From assembly GCA_963745025.1 (NCBI GenBank), contig CAVUWD010000006.1:448001-512000 (forward strand): a stretch of DNA of 64,000 nucleotides, written 5' to 3'. A program made the translations under genes and the position numbers. Below are positions 21,309 through 31,529 of this stretch, in pieces (within the stretch, counting starts at the first letter, position 1; every line of letters begins with the position of its first letter). Source of the stretch: an uncultured delta proteobacterium. Its GTDB lineage: Bacteria > Desulfobacterota > Binatia > JACPRU01. The notes under the pieces are model-generated. The model saw only the letters and a program-made list of their open reading frames with translations, had not been told where the DNA came from and did not search any database.

Positions 21309-22184
21309 TCACTTCTCCAGCTCTTCGCGGATCGAATACATCTTCTGACGCGCTTCGTTGACGTAGGCGTCGAGGTTCCGCCGATGATTGGCGAAGATGC
21401 TCGCCGGGCCGCCGTCGAGAACCACGAGCGGCTTGAGCGTCGCGGCCTGGTAGAGCGCCGCCGCGCATTCTTCGATGAGCGTGTCCAGGATCGGCCGATT
21501 CTGGAAGCCGCCCTGATACTCGACGTGCACCGCGCGCAGAACGTGGTACATCACGTGCGCCACGCCCTGCGCGTGATAGAAGACGTCGTCGGTGTGGAGG
21601 AGCCCGACGTCGTCGCGGTAGAGCGATGAGTGCGCGTCGCCGAGCATGTCGCTCCACGCTTGAAAGAGACGGATCAGCTCGATGTTGCGCCGGTTCAGGG
21701 GCTTGGAACGCGGCGGATTTTCGTGCAGGCCGGCGATATAGCTCCTGAGGTCCGCCACTCCCCGCTTGAAGCGGCTCTCGGCGGAGGGAAACCAGAGCTT
21801 TTCGGCGTCATTGCGAAACATCGTGTCGGCATCCACGAGGATCGGGTCGTACTGATCGCTGGAGACCTTGGTGAGATGGTCTTTCAGCACGCGCGTGGTC
21901 TCGCGCACGGCCAGGATGATCCCGAACTGTCGGTTTGCGTTGTTGTCCGCGAACAGCCCGGGGCCCCAGAGGAAGAAATCGTTCGGCCGCCACCCCGTGA
22001 CCGAATCGAGCTCATGCTCCATCACCGCGGCAATCGCTGCCGCCATGCGCTCGCCCGGTCGGGCGTCGGGGATATCCGGGTCGAAATCGAGCATCGCATG
22101 GCGCTGCATGCCGAGATGCATCAGCAGGCCGGCGACGGCCCATGCGGCGACGACCGTCGCGATCGCGTAGGCGAGCCATTTCAT
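21309..22184 (-). CDS. DUF2333 family protein
   Basis: GWRPND...DNNANRQFG...DDVFYHAQG...NG/DGG..IFANHR. Confidence 0.75.
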   Translation of the reverse strand: MKWLAYAIATVVAAWAVAGLLMHLGMQRHAMLDFDPDIPDARPGERMAAAIAAVMEHELDSVTGWRPNDFFLWGPGLFADNNANRQFGIILAVRETTRVLKDHLTKVSSDQYDPILVDADTMFRNDAEKLWFPSAESRFKRGVADLRSYIAGLHENPPRSKPLNRRNIELIRLFQAWSDMLGDAHSSLYRDDVGLLHTDDVFYHAQGVAHVMYHVLRAVHVEYQGGFQNRPILDTLIEECAAALYQAATLKPLVVLDGGPASIFANHRRNLDAYVNEARQKMYSIREELEK

Positions 22185-22226
22185 CGCTGCACGTTTACCC
22201 CATGCGCGCGGCCGAAACGAGCCCGC

Positions 22227-23048
22227 TCACACGGAGAGATTCAGCGCCTCGGCGAGCTCGCGGAGCTTCTGCTTGATCTTCTTCTCGTTCTCCGGACCCA
22301 TGCGCAGCAGATGCTTCTGAGCCGGCGCCAGCTCTTCGAGCGCGGGATCCGCGAGCTTCCAACTCTTCACGGCCGGACGGAGGGCAACGTCGCCCGCGGG
22401 CTCGGGGGTCGCCAGCAGCTGCCGGATCGCCTTCGCCAGGGTGTCGTCGAAGTTGCGATCGGGGTAGCCGAGCTGTTTGTACGCGTCGCGGAGAAGCGGC
22501 CGGGTCTCCTGGTAGAGCCGCGCCGAGCCCTTCACGTCGAGCGAAGCGATGACATCGGCGACGACGTCGTAGCGTCGGTAGCTCGCCGGGTCGATCGTCG
22601 CCGCGTCGCGCCGCTCTTTGGCCTTGAACTCCCCGCTCGGAGCGAGAACACCGAGGTGCGGCTTCGGCGAGCGGCCCTCGGCGACGTTGTCCACCGAAGC
22701 CACGAAGCGTCGCGCAAGCCGATCGGTGAGCAGCCATTTCGCCCAGGCGGGATTCGAGGAGAGGGTCGCGGCCAGCGTACGGAGAAGCGCATCGCTCGAG
22801 TCTAGCGGCGGTAGATCGGCTCGCGGCGGCATGGTGGGGGGAGCGGCGACCGTCGGCCGCATCACCGCCGGAGTCGCCCGGAGAGGCGCAAAAGTCGGAG
22901 TTGCCTGCTGGCTCCGGCGCGTGAGCAGGCGATAGGACCCGACGCCGATCGCGAGCGGAATCAGCAACACGAAGCCGAGGAGAATCGCCAGGGCCCTGCG
23001 CCCCTTCCGCCGCTCGATGTCGCTCTCGGTGATCATCTGGCTCGGCAA
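22227..23048 (-). CDS. DUF3014 domain protein
   Basis: LPPLDSSD, RRFVASVDNVAEG, YRRYD, AYKQLGYP, AQKHLLRMGPEN. Confidence 0.85.
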   Translation of the reverse strand: MPSQMITESDIERRKGRRALAILLGFVLLIPLAIGVGSYRLLTRRSQQATPTFAPLRATPAVMRPTVAAPPTMPPRADLPPLDSSDALLRTLAATLSSNPAWAKWLLTDRLARRFVASVDNVAEGRSPKPHLGVLAPSGEFKAKERRDAATIDPASYRRYDVVADVIASLDVKGSARLYQETRPLLRDAYKQLGYPDRNFDDTLAKAIRQLLATPEPAGDVALRPAVKSWKLADPALEELAPAQKHLLRMGPENEKKIKQKLRELAEALNLSV

Positions 23049-23154
23049 GATGGTACGACGGTTCGGCCCGCGGTCAATCCCCTGAGACGCGATCCCGATC
23101 GTGGGTGACTTGCCAGTTGACGACAGCAGAAATAAGCTAGATGGGCTTCAGTCA

Positions 23155-23228
23155 GCGCCCGTAGCTCAACGGATCAGAGCATCAGACTTCGGATCTGAGG
23201 GTTGGGGGTTCGAATCCCTCCGGGCGCG
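23155..23228 (+). tRNA. tRNA-Arg(UCG), CCA not encoded
   Basis: Acceptor GCGCCCG/CGGGCGC; anticodon arm TCAGA-CT-TCG-GA-TCTGA; GGTTCGAATCC T-loop. Confidence 0.95.
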
Positions 23229-24558
23229 CTGACTTTTGCTCGTCTTTCTCGTTGTTCGACGGCGCTTCGGTTCCAGAAGTGATGCCACTGATGCCTAAGT
23301 CGCCGCCGGTTCCGGTGGCGGCGAGCGTGCCCCCTGGCTCGGGCGTGTCGAGAAGATCGACACAGCGATCATCTCCGCTCGGTAGGCAGTGAGCGTACCA
23401 GAGCAGCGTGGTCGCCGGGTTTGGGGTACCGTCCGGCTTGAAGTGGCCGAGCACCTTCGCCACGTCAGTAAGCGGCGTCCGCTTCTTGAGCAGGATCGAC
23501 GCCACGGTGTGGCGGAGATCGTAGGGCGAATGCGAGACCGGAAGGCCTGCCGCCTTCAGCACCCGCTTGAAGGCCTTGGCTGCGTTCGCTTGATTGAGCG
23601 GCGTTGCCGCCTCAGAGAAGAGCAGATACTCCCGGACGCCGCGCCAGCCTTCCCGCAGCGTCTCAGCCTTTGCCCACGTCACATACCGCCGCAGCCGCTC
23701 GGCGAGAAGCCGGGACATCGGGACTCTTCGACAGATGCCGGTCTTCGTCGGCGAATCCGGGAGGTCTACGTGCTTGGGCTTCTCTTTCGGATCGAGTGAG
23801 CGGAAGGTGACTTCCTGGTACGAGCCATTCACCAGGATGTCGCCGTTCACGAAATCGACATCTGCTGGACGGAGGCCGATAGCTTCTGCTGGTCGAAGCG
23901 CCGCCCTGCCCATGATCCAAAAATAGGCCGCGAGCGGCTGCCGCTCGGTCTCATCGGCGCTGCGAAGAAGCACGTCGAGTTCCGCCTGGCTGAATGGCCG
24001 CACCTTCGCGAGCTTCTCCGATTGCTTCATCCGATCGGGTCGGCGGCGGCCACGGGTCCGCACCTGGAACGCGGGATTGGTGGTCAGGATCTCGTCCTCC
24101 ACCGCCTCGGAGAGAATGACGGACAGCGCCGCACGCGCAAGCCGAACCGTGTTCCTCCCCTTCCCAGACCGTCGCAGCGCTGCAAGTCGATCCTTGATCA
24201 CCGTGCGCTTGATGTCGCGCAGGGAAACCGTTCCGAGGTAGGGGTGAATGTAAAGCCGGTACGAGTCGAGATACGTGGCGAGAGTGCGGGGCGCGATTTC
24301 GCCTTCGGCCCGCTCTCGCCAGACTACTTGGTACTCATCAAGCGTCAGATCTCCGGAAAGGCGTGCGAGCGTCGAGCGACGCCTGCGACCTGGATGGGAA
24401 TAGTGTTCAAGCTCGAGCTCTGCCTTCCTTCGCCTCGCATCGGCTTCGGATCGGAACGTCTCGCGCCCCCGCCTCGGCCCAAGAAGGTCACGCGCGTCAA
24501 GGAGCCAGCGAGGCGCTCCGCGTCTTCCCCGCTTTCCGAGCTTCCTGATCGTTGCCAC
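23182..24558 (-). CDS. Tyrosine integrase; stop codon lies inside the tRNA gene on the antisense strand
   Basis: ALRPAE, KTG, YDLRH, LGH, TLLWY catalytic motifs; N-terminal arm/core-binding region. Confidence 0.93.
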   Translation of the reverse strand: MATIRKLGKRGRRGAPRWLLDARDLLGPRRGRETFRSEADARRRKAELELEHYSHPGRRRRSTLARLSGDLTLDEYQVVWRERAEGEIAPRTLATYLDSYRLYIHPYLGTVSLRDIKRTVIKDRLAALRRSGKGRNTVRLARAALSVILSEAVEDEILTTNPAFQVRTRGRRRPDRMKQSEKLAKVRPFSQAELDVLLRSADETERQPLAAYFWIMGRAALRPAEAIGLRPADVDFVNGDILVNGSYQEVTFRSLDPKEKPKHVDLPDSPTKTGICRRVPMSRLLAERLRRYVTWAKAETLREGWRGVREYLLFSEAATPLNQANAAKAFKRVLKAAGLPVSHSPYDLRHTVASILLKKRTPLTDVAKVLGHFKPDGTPNPATTLLWYAHCLPSGDDRCVDLLDTPEPGGTLAATGTGGDLGISGITSGTEAPSNNEKDEQKSARPEGFEPPTLRSEV

Positions 24559-24561
24559 GCC

Positions 24562-24903
24562 CTACCCTACCGGTCGTCTCGACCTTGCTGGATCTGCCGC
24601 CAATTCGCTCAGCGCCCGCGCCGTGAACCTAACGTACCTCTCGCCTAGGCGGACCGACGGGAGTTCGCCCCGTCGTGCGAGTTCGTACACGTAGGCTCTC
24701 GGAACTTTCAGGTATTCCGCCGCCTGCTCGGCCGTCAGAAGGTGGCCGTTATCCGCTGGATCGTCGTCGCTTCGATTGTTCAGCCGAATCCAGAGAAGCA
24801 CCTTGATACGCTCGATCTCGCCGAGGAGTGCGGGCATGCTCTCAAGCGGCACCTTGAAAACGAGTCGCTCAAGATCGGCAAGGATAGCGGCCTGATCACT
24901 CAC
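24562..24903 (-). CDS. Excisionase-like HTH_17 DNA-binding protein
   Basis: LLTAEQAAEYLKVPRAYVYELARRGELPSVRLG..VRF. Confidence 0.88.
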   Translation of the reverse strand: MSDQAAILADLERLVFKVPLESMPALLGEIERIKVLLWIRLNNRSDDDPADNGHLLTAEQAAEYLKVPRAYVYELARRGELPSVRLGERYVRFTARALSELAADPARSRRPVG

Positions 24904-25057
24904 AGCTGCCTCACCTCGGGTTGTCGCTCCTGCTGGCTCCAAATCGTAACCGCTCTTCCGCGTAACCGACCGATCTCGCCGCCTCGGCGGTGTCGATGGC
25001 CGATGCCGTGGCCAGCGTCGTAACCGTTTTGATCGTGATGATCATCAGCAACTCGAC

Positions 25058-25333
25058 CTACCCTCGTTGAGCCATTGCGACAACGTCATGATCTTGATCG
25101 TGGAAATTCACGGACATGAAGGTCACCATGCTGGCGGTCGCGATCGTGGACGTCGTCGCCACCGCCATGAGCCGGTAGACGAAAAGATACCTCACGGCGA
25201 TTCCTCTACGTTGCGGAGCCGCCGCCGCGCACCGCGCGAGCACGCTTCGGACGGCGTCGGTGTTGAGCGCGCCCGCCTTGCTCGGGTCGGCCACCAGCTC
25301 GTCTAGGCTCGGGCTGGGTCGGACCTCGCTCAC
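25058..25333 (-). CDS. Hypothetical prophage-like protein (possibly disrupted)
   Basis: PSLDELVADPSKAGAL N-terminus; member of a GTGA/ATGA-coupled chain. Confidence 0.4.
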   Translation of the reverse strand: MSEVRPSPSLDELVADPSKAGALNTDAVRSVLARCAAAAPQRRGIAVRYLFVYRLMAVATTSTIATASMVTFMSVNFHDQDHDVVAMAQRG

Positions 25334-25415
25334 GCTTCGCCGTCCCTAGGCGTTCCACGCCGTGGGCCCGTAGCGGCCGTCGTGGTGAGCGCGCTCGCAG
25401 CGCCAGCCACGGTTC

Positions 25416-25832
25416 TCACGGCGCCTCCCGGAGCTTACCCATCGCGCGGGCGGACTTCCTAGTCTTTTCGCGGCCCGGCACGACCTCTATGCCGTTTCCC
25501 GTCCGGCTTGGGGTCGAAATCGTCGCGCCCGCGTTCGTTTGCCGACGAAAACGGGCAGCCGCAGCCTTGGCCGCCGCGCCTCTCTGCGCCGCGCTTGCCT
25601 TCCGCCGAACGGCGAGTCGGAGTGCAACCGATGCGCGATCCACCTCCCACTCACCGCCCAGGACTTCCCGCTTGCCGCTCTCGACAGCGGTGATGGTTCG
25701 GGTTCGGCGCGCGAGTCCTTGCTGCTCAAGGCGATTGAGCTTCCTAGTCCACGACGGATGCGTGCTCGAAACGATTAGTTTCTCGTCGGCGCGGTTATCG
25801 ATCACGGAGAGCTCCTGCTCGGCGCGAGTCAT
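25416..25832 (-). CDS. Hypothetical phage/satellite protein
   Basis: MTRAEQELSVIDNRADEKLIVSSTHPSWTRKL; ATGA coupling. Confidence 0.6.
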   Translation of the reverse strand: MTRAEQELSVIDNRADEKLIVSSTHPSWTRKLNRLEQQGLARRTRTITAVESGKREVLGGEWEVDRASVALRLAVRRKASAAQRGAAAKAAAARFRRQTNAGATISTPSRTGNGIEVVPGREKTRKSARAMGKLREAP

Positions 25833-25965
25833 TCGTTCGCTCCGATCTCGGGCCCACGCCGGTCGCCGCCGCGCACCAACTCCCGCGGCCGCCGGAGCTC
25901 CTCGACAAGCGCGCCTGCCCGAGGTCCTCTGGCACCGGCGCCCACGAGCTCTTGCTTTCCCACGG

Positions 25966-26391
25966 TCATGCGTCTTCGGACCGACTGACCGGGTGCATCG
26001 AGGGGCCAGAGGAGATGCTCCTGCTTTTGGCGAGAGCGCGCAAAATTTCACGCGCATCCGCTTCCAGCATGTTCTCGAGGATCAACACCTCCGCCACGGT
26101 GAAGACCGGCCTGGCGTCGCCCTCCCAGCGAAGCTGGTCCACGAATGCTTCGGCGTCGTCCTCGACGAGCCAGATTTCCTGATCGAGGATTCGGCTGAAC
26201 AGCCTAATGGCCCAACCCTGCTCCGGATGGGGTTTTAAAAGCTCGAGCAGCGCGGCCTTCTGGCTGCCGATGGCTAGTCGTAGCTCGGGGGTGAGCTGGC
26301 CCCTGGGCGCTCGGTAACGAAGGGTCTCGCCGTCAACCTCGATGTGGATGCCACGATGACGTAGTTCGTCGAGAAGAGCAGCTGGCCTCAT
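25966..26391 (-). CDS. TubC_N-like small protein coupled to primase
   Basis: LLDELRHRGIHIEVDGETLRYRAPRGQLTPEL...KAALLELL; ATGA overlap with primase stop. Confidence 0.75.
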   Translation of the reverse strand: MRPAALLDELRHRGIHIEVDGETLRYRAPRGQLTPELRLAIGSQKAALLELLKPHPEQGWAIRLFSRILDQEIWLVEDDAEAFVDQLRWEGDARPVFTVAEVLILENMLEADAREILRALAKSRSISSGPSMHPVSRSEDA

Positions 26392-28521
26392 ACGACACCT
26401 TCTTCAAATTCCGGTGGGGGGAGGGGGTCCGGATTCACGTCGGAACGGGCTGAACCGTTGAACAGGGCCTGCAACGTCGTGGCTTCGGGCAACGCCGGAG
26501 TCTCGTCGGGGAGGGGAGCACCGAGTACGAGCCGCGCGGGATAGCCCGTTCTCGTTTCCAGGTTTAGGAGCCAACCGCCCTTGATTGCCCTGTTCACCCT
26601 GTAGAAGGTGGTATTCCGTGCCAGACCGAGACGTCGACCGAGCTCTGCCACACTGACATCCTCGCCGACCTTCACCGCCAACACCGCCGCGCGCACGGTT
26701 GCGGTCACACCGTCGGCAGCGACGGCGTCGAAGATCGTCTCTAGGAGGTCTCGCGCTATGGCGTAGTCATCTATCGTCGCTTCGATCCAGCCCTCGGGGG
26801 TGCGGCTTCTCTGGCACTGGTGAAGCAGTGCGATGGCCTTGATGCAGCTAAGCAGCTTGGGGAAATCGCGTCGCATCCGTACTGCCTGGACCGGCACGAG
26901 CTTTGCGAGCACATTGGCGAAAGGCACCGCCACGCGCCGTTCACCGGCAGTCGCGAGCCAAACTTGGAGATCACGGAACTGCGCTACTTCCACGACCGTG
27001 CCGCGCGTCGGCATCGCGGCTGCAGCGTGGGCATTGAGGACCGCGCGGGTCTGCAGCGGATCGTCGGAGATGGGGATCTCCAGCACGCGAGTCCCCATTT
27101 GCCCTCCAAGGCTTCGCGTCGACGTCGTGATGAGCCCGGTTGGCCCGCGTTTTTTGATACGCCGGGTTACGAGTTTTCCGTCGATGCGCTCGACTACCTC
27201 GTATACGAGCTCGCTGTCTTCCGCGATTGAACGAACTGCAGAGGCTGCCGGGCCATTTTCGGGAATCGAATCGGCCTCCGCCACGACGACAACACGGTTT
27301 TGAAAGTCCTCATCCGTGTAGACGAGAGCTCGGGGGGAGCTCGCTCTTACAAGGTAGAACGCTTCCGGCGGCATCAGGTCGAGCGCCGCGTCTACCGCGC
27401 GGTTCTTGCCAGCCGATGACTGAGCGACGAAAGCTAGGTTGATCGGCCGTTCGATGAGTCTGGATGTTGCCGCCACGTACGCAATCATCGCGGGGCGACC
27501 GTCACCAGCGTACCCACGCGCACGAATCGTATCCGCGATGCGATCGATTAGGTACGGGTCCCCAAGGAGACTCTCGGCAGAAGTGTACGATTCCGCAGCT
27601 TTTCTTGTCAGCTCGTCGGCTTGGATTCTCGCGAGTGATACAGCAGCGTCGACGGTAGCCCGCCACACCTCGACGAACTGAGCTGGGTCGGCCACGTACA
27701 GCGCGGAAGGATCTTTCGCGCCGACGATCCGGACGAGCCGGACACGATCGCGAATGCGCGAGTTGCCCAGCCAGCTGAGCACAGCTTCGCCGCCTTTGTC
27801 CGGCTCGATGATGATGTAGATGATCGGGATATCGTCCAAGAAGCTTGCCCACTGCTCCTGCCAGCTGGAAGCCCCTGGAATCCCGAGGGCGGGAATGCTG
27901 TGAAGCCAAAGTGTCTGAGCATCGCTCTCGCCCTCCACCAGGGTGACTTCGCCAGCGCTTCGAATGGCATCCAACTGCCAAAGACCGTAGAGGCTTGGCC
28001 TCGCGCCCGTCTTCCACCTAAATCGATCCGGTCCTTCGAGAGCGAGCCGGAACCGCACAGCACCCGGCATGGCAAGCCGGTCAAGATATGGAATCCGGAC
28101 TGCTGGCTGCTCCATGTAACTGATGGTCGACATCCCGAGACTCTTGAGGAATTCGACCGGGAACCGCTTCGCCTCCGCGTACTGCTCGAGCGTCAGGCCG
28201 AGCGAGCTGTTCAACGGTTCAATCCCGTTCGACGTAGATGGAGACCCCCTCCCCCTCCTGGCCCTTCGAACGCTTCGGTCGCTCGCGTTTGCGCGCGTCG
28301 CCCTTCGTCGTGGCACCGCTTGACCACAAGCCACGTTCTCGAAGAGCAGCGATCACGGCGTCCTGCGAGCAGCCCGCAAAGCACTTCACTACGACGCTAC
28401 GATCGTCGCCTTCGGCGATTGATAGGGAAGGTTTTCGATCATCATGTGCTGGACATCGTGCCATCCAACCGCGAGTGACACGGCGGCCCCCTAGTGCTTG
28501 CGCAAGATCGGCGGCTGTCAT
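26388..28521 (-). CDS. Primase-helicase (Zn-finger + TOPRIM + P-loop + wHTH), split by a frameshift at ~28240-28330
   Basis: 28521-28219: RCPAHDDRKPSL..CFAGC Zn finger; 28334-26388: LVEGESDA, EPDKGG TOPRIM, AQSSAGKN Walker A-like. Confidence 0.85.
26417..26465. repeat. 49-bp imperfect inverted repeat, copy A (3' end of primase)
   Basis: Reverse complement CTGTTCAACGGTTCAgcccgttccgacgtgaatccgGACCCCCTCCCCC matches 28207-28255. Confidence 0.85.
28207..28255. repeat. 49-bp imperfect inverted repeat, copy B (primase linker)
   Basis: CTGTTCAACGGTTCAatcccgttcgacgtagatggaGACCCCCTCCCCC. Confidence 0.85.
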
Positions 28522-28524
28522 CGT

Positions 28525-28809
28525 CTACACTCCTGCGTGCGCCGCATCCCGCGCCGCTCTTCGGCCAGGCGGTCCCTGCACCACTCGTTCGCGCATCCAT
28601 CGTTCGACCTCGGCGGCGATCCACCCGACAGCACGTGCGGAGAGCTTACGACGGCGAGGGAACTGACCAGCACGCTCCAGGCGCCAGCGGGTGGACCTCG
28701 AAAGGCCCGTAACGAGGCGACATTCCGGATCGCGGAGGTAGCGAGTTGATGATGTGCCGGAAAAAGGACCTGAAGTGACCGTTGGCGCGACGTTAACTTT
28801 GGTGACCAT
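28525..28809 (-). CDS. alpA: AlpA family transcriptional regulator
   Basis: YLRDPECRLVTGLSRSTRWRLERAGQFPRRRKLSARAVGWIAAEVERWM. Confidence 0.9.
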   Translation of the reverse strand: MVTKVNVAPTVTSGPFSGTSSTRYLRDPECRLVTGLSRSTRWRLERAGQFPRRRKLSARAVGWIAAEVERWMRERVVQGPPGRRAARDAAHAGV

Positions 28810-29644
28810 GCACGACCCCCTTTGGCGGACCTCTCTCCGCCTCCCATTACCGGGTAGTCGCGACGTCCCCGTCGCGCGCTGGGTCGCTATCGACCCTCGG
28901 CGCTCATACCGGCCGATCAGCGCGATCTCTTCAGATCGCGATGTTTCATATCAAAGCCCAACAACCCGGTACGTGTCAATGACGAAATGACTCTGGTGAG
29001 AAATTGCATGACGTCTACGGACTGCGCATGTCGACCGACGCCGTCCCTTCACAATGAGATTCTCGGGACTGGCGATGCGCATCTACGCAGACCGCCGCGA
29101 AACTCGATCTCGCTACCGTGCGCTGGCAATGCGACGGAGGAGATCAAACGCCGTCAGTGACCCGTAATTGCAACCCGCGTGGATCGGAACAGGAAGACAG
29201 CAGAACCGCTTTATACTGGCTGGGGCGCCAGCGCGTTGCTGAGTGCGACAAGGCGCTGGTCGGCTAGTAGCCCGAATCTGCGATCGACCGACACTTGGGG
29301 CGACTGTTGTAGCGCCGACGATCGCAATAAACGGAAAACTTCCGGCATTTAATACGATGGACTAAAAAATATGATCCCTGAAGGCAGGTGAAACAAAATA
29401 ATCATTTTTCCAGCGCGCCGGGTCGCGCTTGGAAAATAGTGGGTGGATGGAAACTTCAGCAGGAAATTGATGGCCGCAGGGAAATATTCGAGGGGATCTT
29501 TCCCGTGAGATTCAGCCAACGGGCGAGGCGGCCCATTTCGTCATTGACTGGCCGCCAATTTTAGCGCGAGGAGGAAAATGACCCGAGCGTAAAAAAGGCA
29601 TGGTCGGGATGTAGAAACGGACGATACGTAGCGAGGCTGGAATC

Positions 29645-30040
29645 ATGGAAAACGCCAAGCAATCTGTGTCGGGGGGGACACCAGTCACCTACATGACGGG
29701 GGGTGGGGGGTCTGGGCGCCCTGGTAGACCATGGCGACCCATAGGCGTGGCTCCGAGCCCAAGGCTAATCCGCGTGCGGTCGCGGAAGGGCATCGAGGCC
29801 GCCGCGCAGAAAATTGCCAATCTCGTCTTGTCGGAGCGGCTCGACCCGCAGCAGGCTCACGCGGTGTTCTCGGCGTTAAAAATAATCTTCGAGAGCTTGA
29901 AGTTTTCCGAAACGATCGAGGCCGAGTACAAGTTGAAGGAGTACGCGCTGGAGGTTCAGGCGATGCGCGAGACGAACGCGAGATTGTACGAGCGCCTGGC
30001 CGAGCTCGGAGTCGCATCGCCGGTCGAGGTGACGAGCTAG
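29645..30040 (+). CDS. Hypothetical helical protein (satellite accessory)
   Basis: GAGG RBS; helical/coiled-coil C-terminus. Confidence 0.6.
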   Translation: MENAKQSVSGGTPVTYMTGGGGSGRPGRPWRPIGVAPSPRLIRVRSRKGIEAAAQKIANLVLSERLDPQQAHAVFSALKIIFESLKFSETIEAEYKLKEYALEVQAMRETNARLYERLAELGVASPVEVTS

Positions 30041-30236
30041 TTTAACGGCGTGAACACATCGAAGCTCACGTCGAGATCCGGATCATGCGCCGTCCGTTCA
30101 CGTTGTCGATGAAGTTGCCGAACGTGTCGCACAGGAATCGATGAGTTTCACGACGCGCAACACATCGACCATCGTGGGTCTATGCTGACGCCGAGACGCG
30201 CATGAGGCTTTGTGGAGAGGAAAGGGAGTCACGGCA

Positions 30237-30719
30237 ATGAGCGAGGACACATCACCAGAGCAGGGAAAGGTCGCCGAAGCGATTCAGATGGCGTGGAAGG
30301 TCTACGAGGAAGCGGAGTGGCGGGCCTGGGCGGAAGATTGGATTACCGGGAGAGACCGTGAAGATGCCGCCGCAGAATTCGCGGCTCGGGCGGCACTCGA
30401 ACGCGTCGATTCGACCGCTGTCGCGGCAATTCATCGGGAAGTCAGAGCCGCTGTTGATCGAGCCGAGGCAGTGGCAGACGCGACGGAGAGAAGCCTCGAA
30501 CGGGCAGCGAGCCGCGACCGGCCAGGAGCTGTTCGGCCTGCACCGCCAGCCGAAGTAGTTCTTGATGAGGCTGCGCTCGGTAAGCTATCGAAAGCGAGTC
30601 TCGCGAGCCTCGCAGCACACGTCGCTGCGCAGGCTGCTGCCCAGCTCGGTAGCCATAACGAGTATGAAGCTCTTTTGCTGGCTCAGCTATCGATGACCAT
30701 TTCGCGACGTTGCGTCTGA
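30237..30719 (+). CDS. Hypothetical protein
   Basis: GGGAG RBS; Ala-rich helical; WRAWAEDWITGRDR. Confidence 0.55.
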   Translation: MSEDTSPEQGKVAEAIQMAWKVYEEAEWRAWAEDWITGRDREDAAAEFAARAALERVDSTAVAAIHREVRAAVDRAEAVADATERSLERAASRDRPGAVRPAPPAEVVLDEAALGKLSKASLASLAAHVAAQAAAQLGSHNEYEALLLAQLSMTISRRCV

Positions 30720-30842
30720 CAGCCGAATTTAAGAAGGGTATACTTCTCCGGAACGTTCTTTCGGCCACGCCATTGCGCGCTCGCTCGATCTTCAACTCCT
30801 CGCGCGCGAGGGAGTCTTTGAATTGGAATCAGGACCAGCCAT

Positions 30843-30935
30843 GTCCAGTTGCTCATCCTCCCGACAGCCGAGGCGGTTGAGGAGTTGCGCAAGAACCCGG
30901 AGGACACAAACGCGATCCTGCACGTGACCTGCTAA
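30843..30935 (+). pseudogene. C-terminal fragment of Mth938/DUF498-like protein
   Basis: LLILPTAEAVEELRKNPEDTNAILHVTC* resembles the family's LHxTC C-terminus. Confidence 0.5.
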
Positions 30936-31240
30936 CGTTCCCATGTATCGCGTCGGCGTATGCCGAGTCCGGTGAGCCCCCTACCGGGCCAAGGCGTCGC
31001 CCAAGGGACGGATCTGCTGCGGCGGGCCGGTGAAGTGAAGCGTGGATCAAGACGCAGCCAAGCTACAGCCCGCGAAGAAAAAGCTGAGTGTCTCATGGAG
31101 GGTCGCTCCGGCTCCCGCGAATCGAAATGCATAAAACCGGTTGACCGTGCAGCTCCGCCCGGCGATTCGCACCGGCTGTCAACCTGCCGACAGCGTCGCT
31201 TGCACGTAGATCATGCGTTAGAGTGGGCTAGGCAGCGTGT

Positions 31241-31411
31241 CGTCGTAGAGCACCGCCGAGGGCCGACAGATTCTTCGCCAAGCTGCCGGGCAAGTTCACG
31301 ATCGACGACGTTCGGAAGGTTGCCGGAAAGGCGACGCCAATCAGTGTCGCGCAATGGGTGAGAGCGAAACGAGTGAAGAAGACGGCCGACGGATACCAGA
31401 AGATCGCTTAG
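31241..31411 (+). pseudogene. 5'-truncated paralog of the 34588-35034 DNA-binding protein
   Basis: RRRAPPRADRFFAKLPGKFTIDDVRKVAGKATPISVAQWVRAKRVKKTADGYQKIA*; in-frame stop just upstream. Confidence 0.85.
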
Positions 31412-31529
31412 GCCCCTTCGCTCGCCTCGCCCGCGTACCCCCGGATAATCCGGGCAAACGGGATGCCGATTTCTGCTATTATTCTGGTCGCCGGAGACCC
31501 TGACGATTCTCCAGTTATTAATAACTGCC

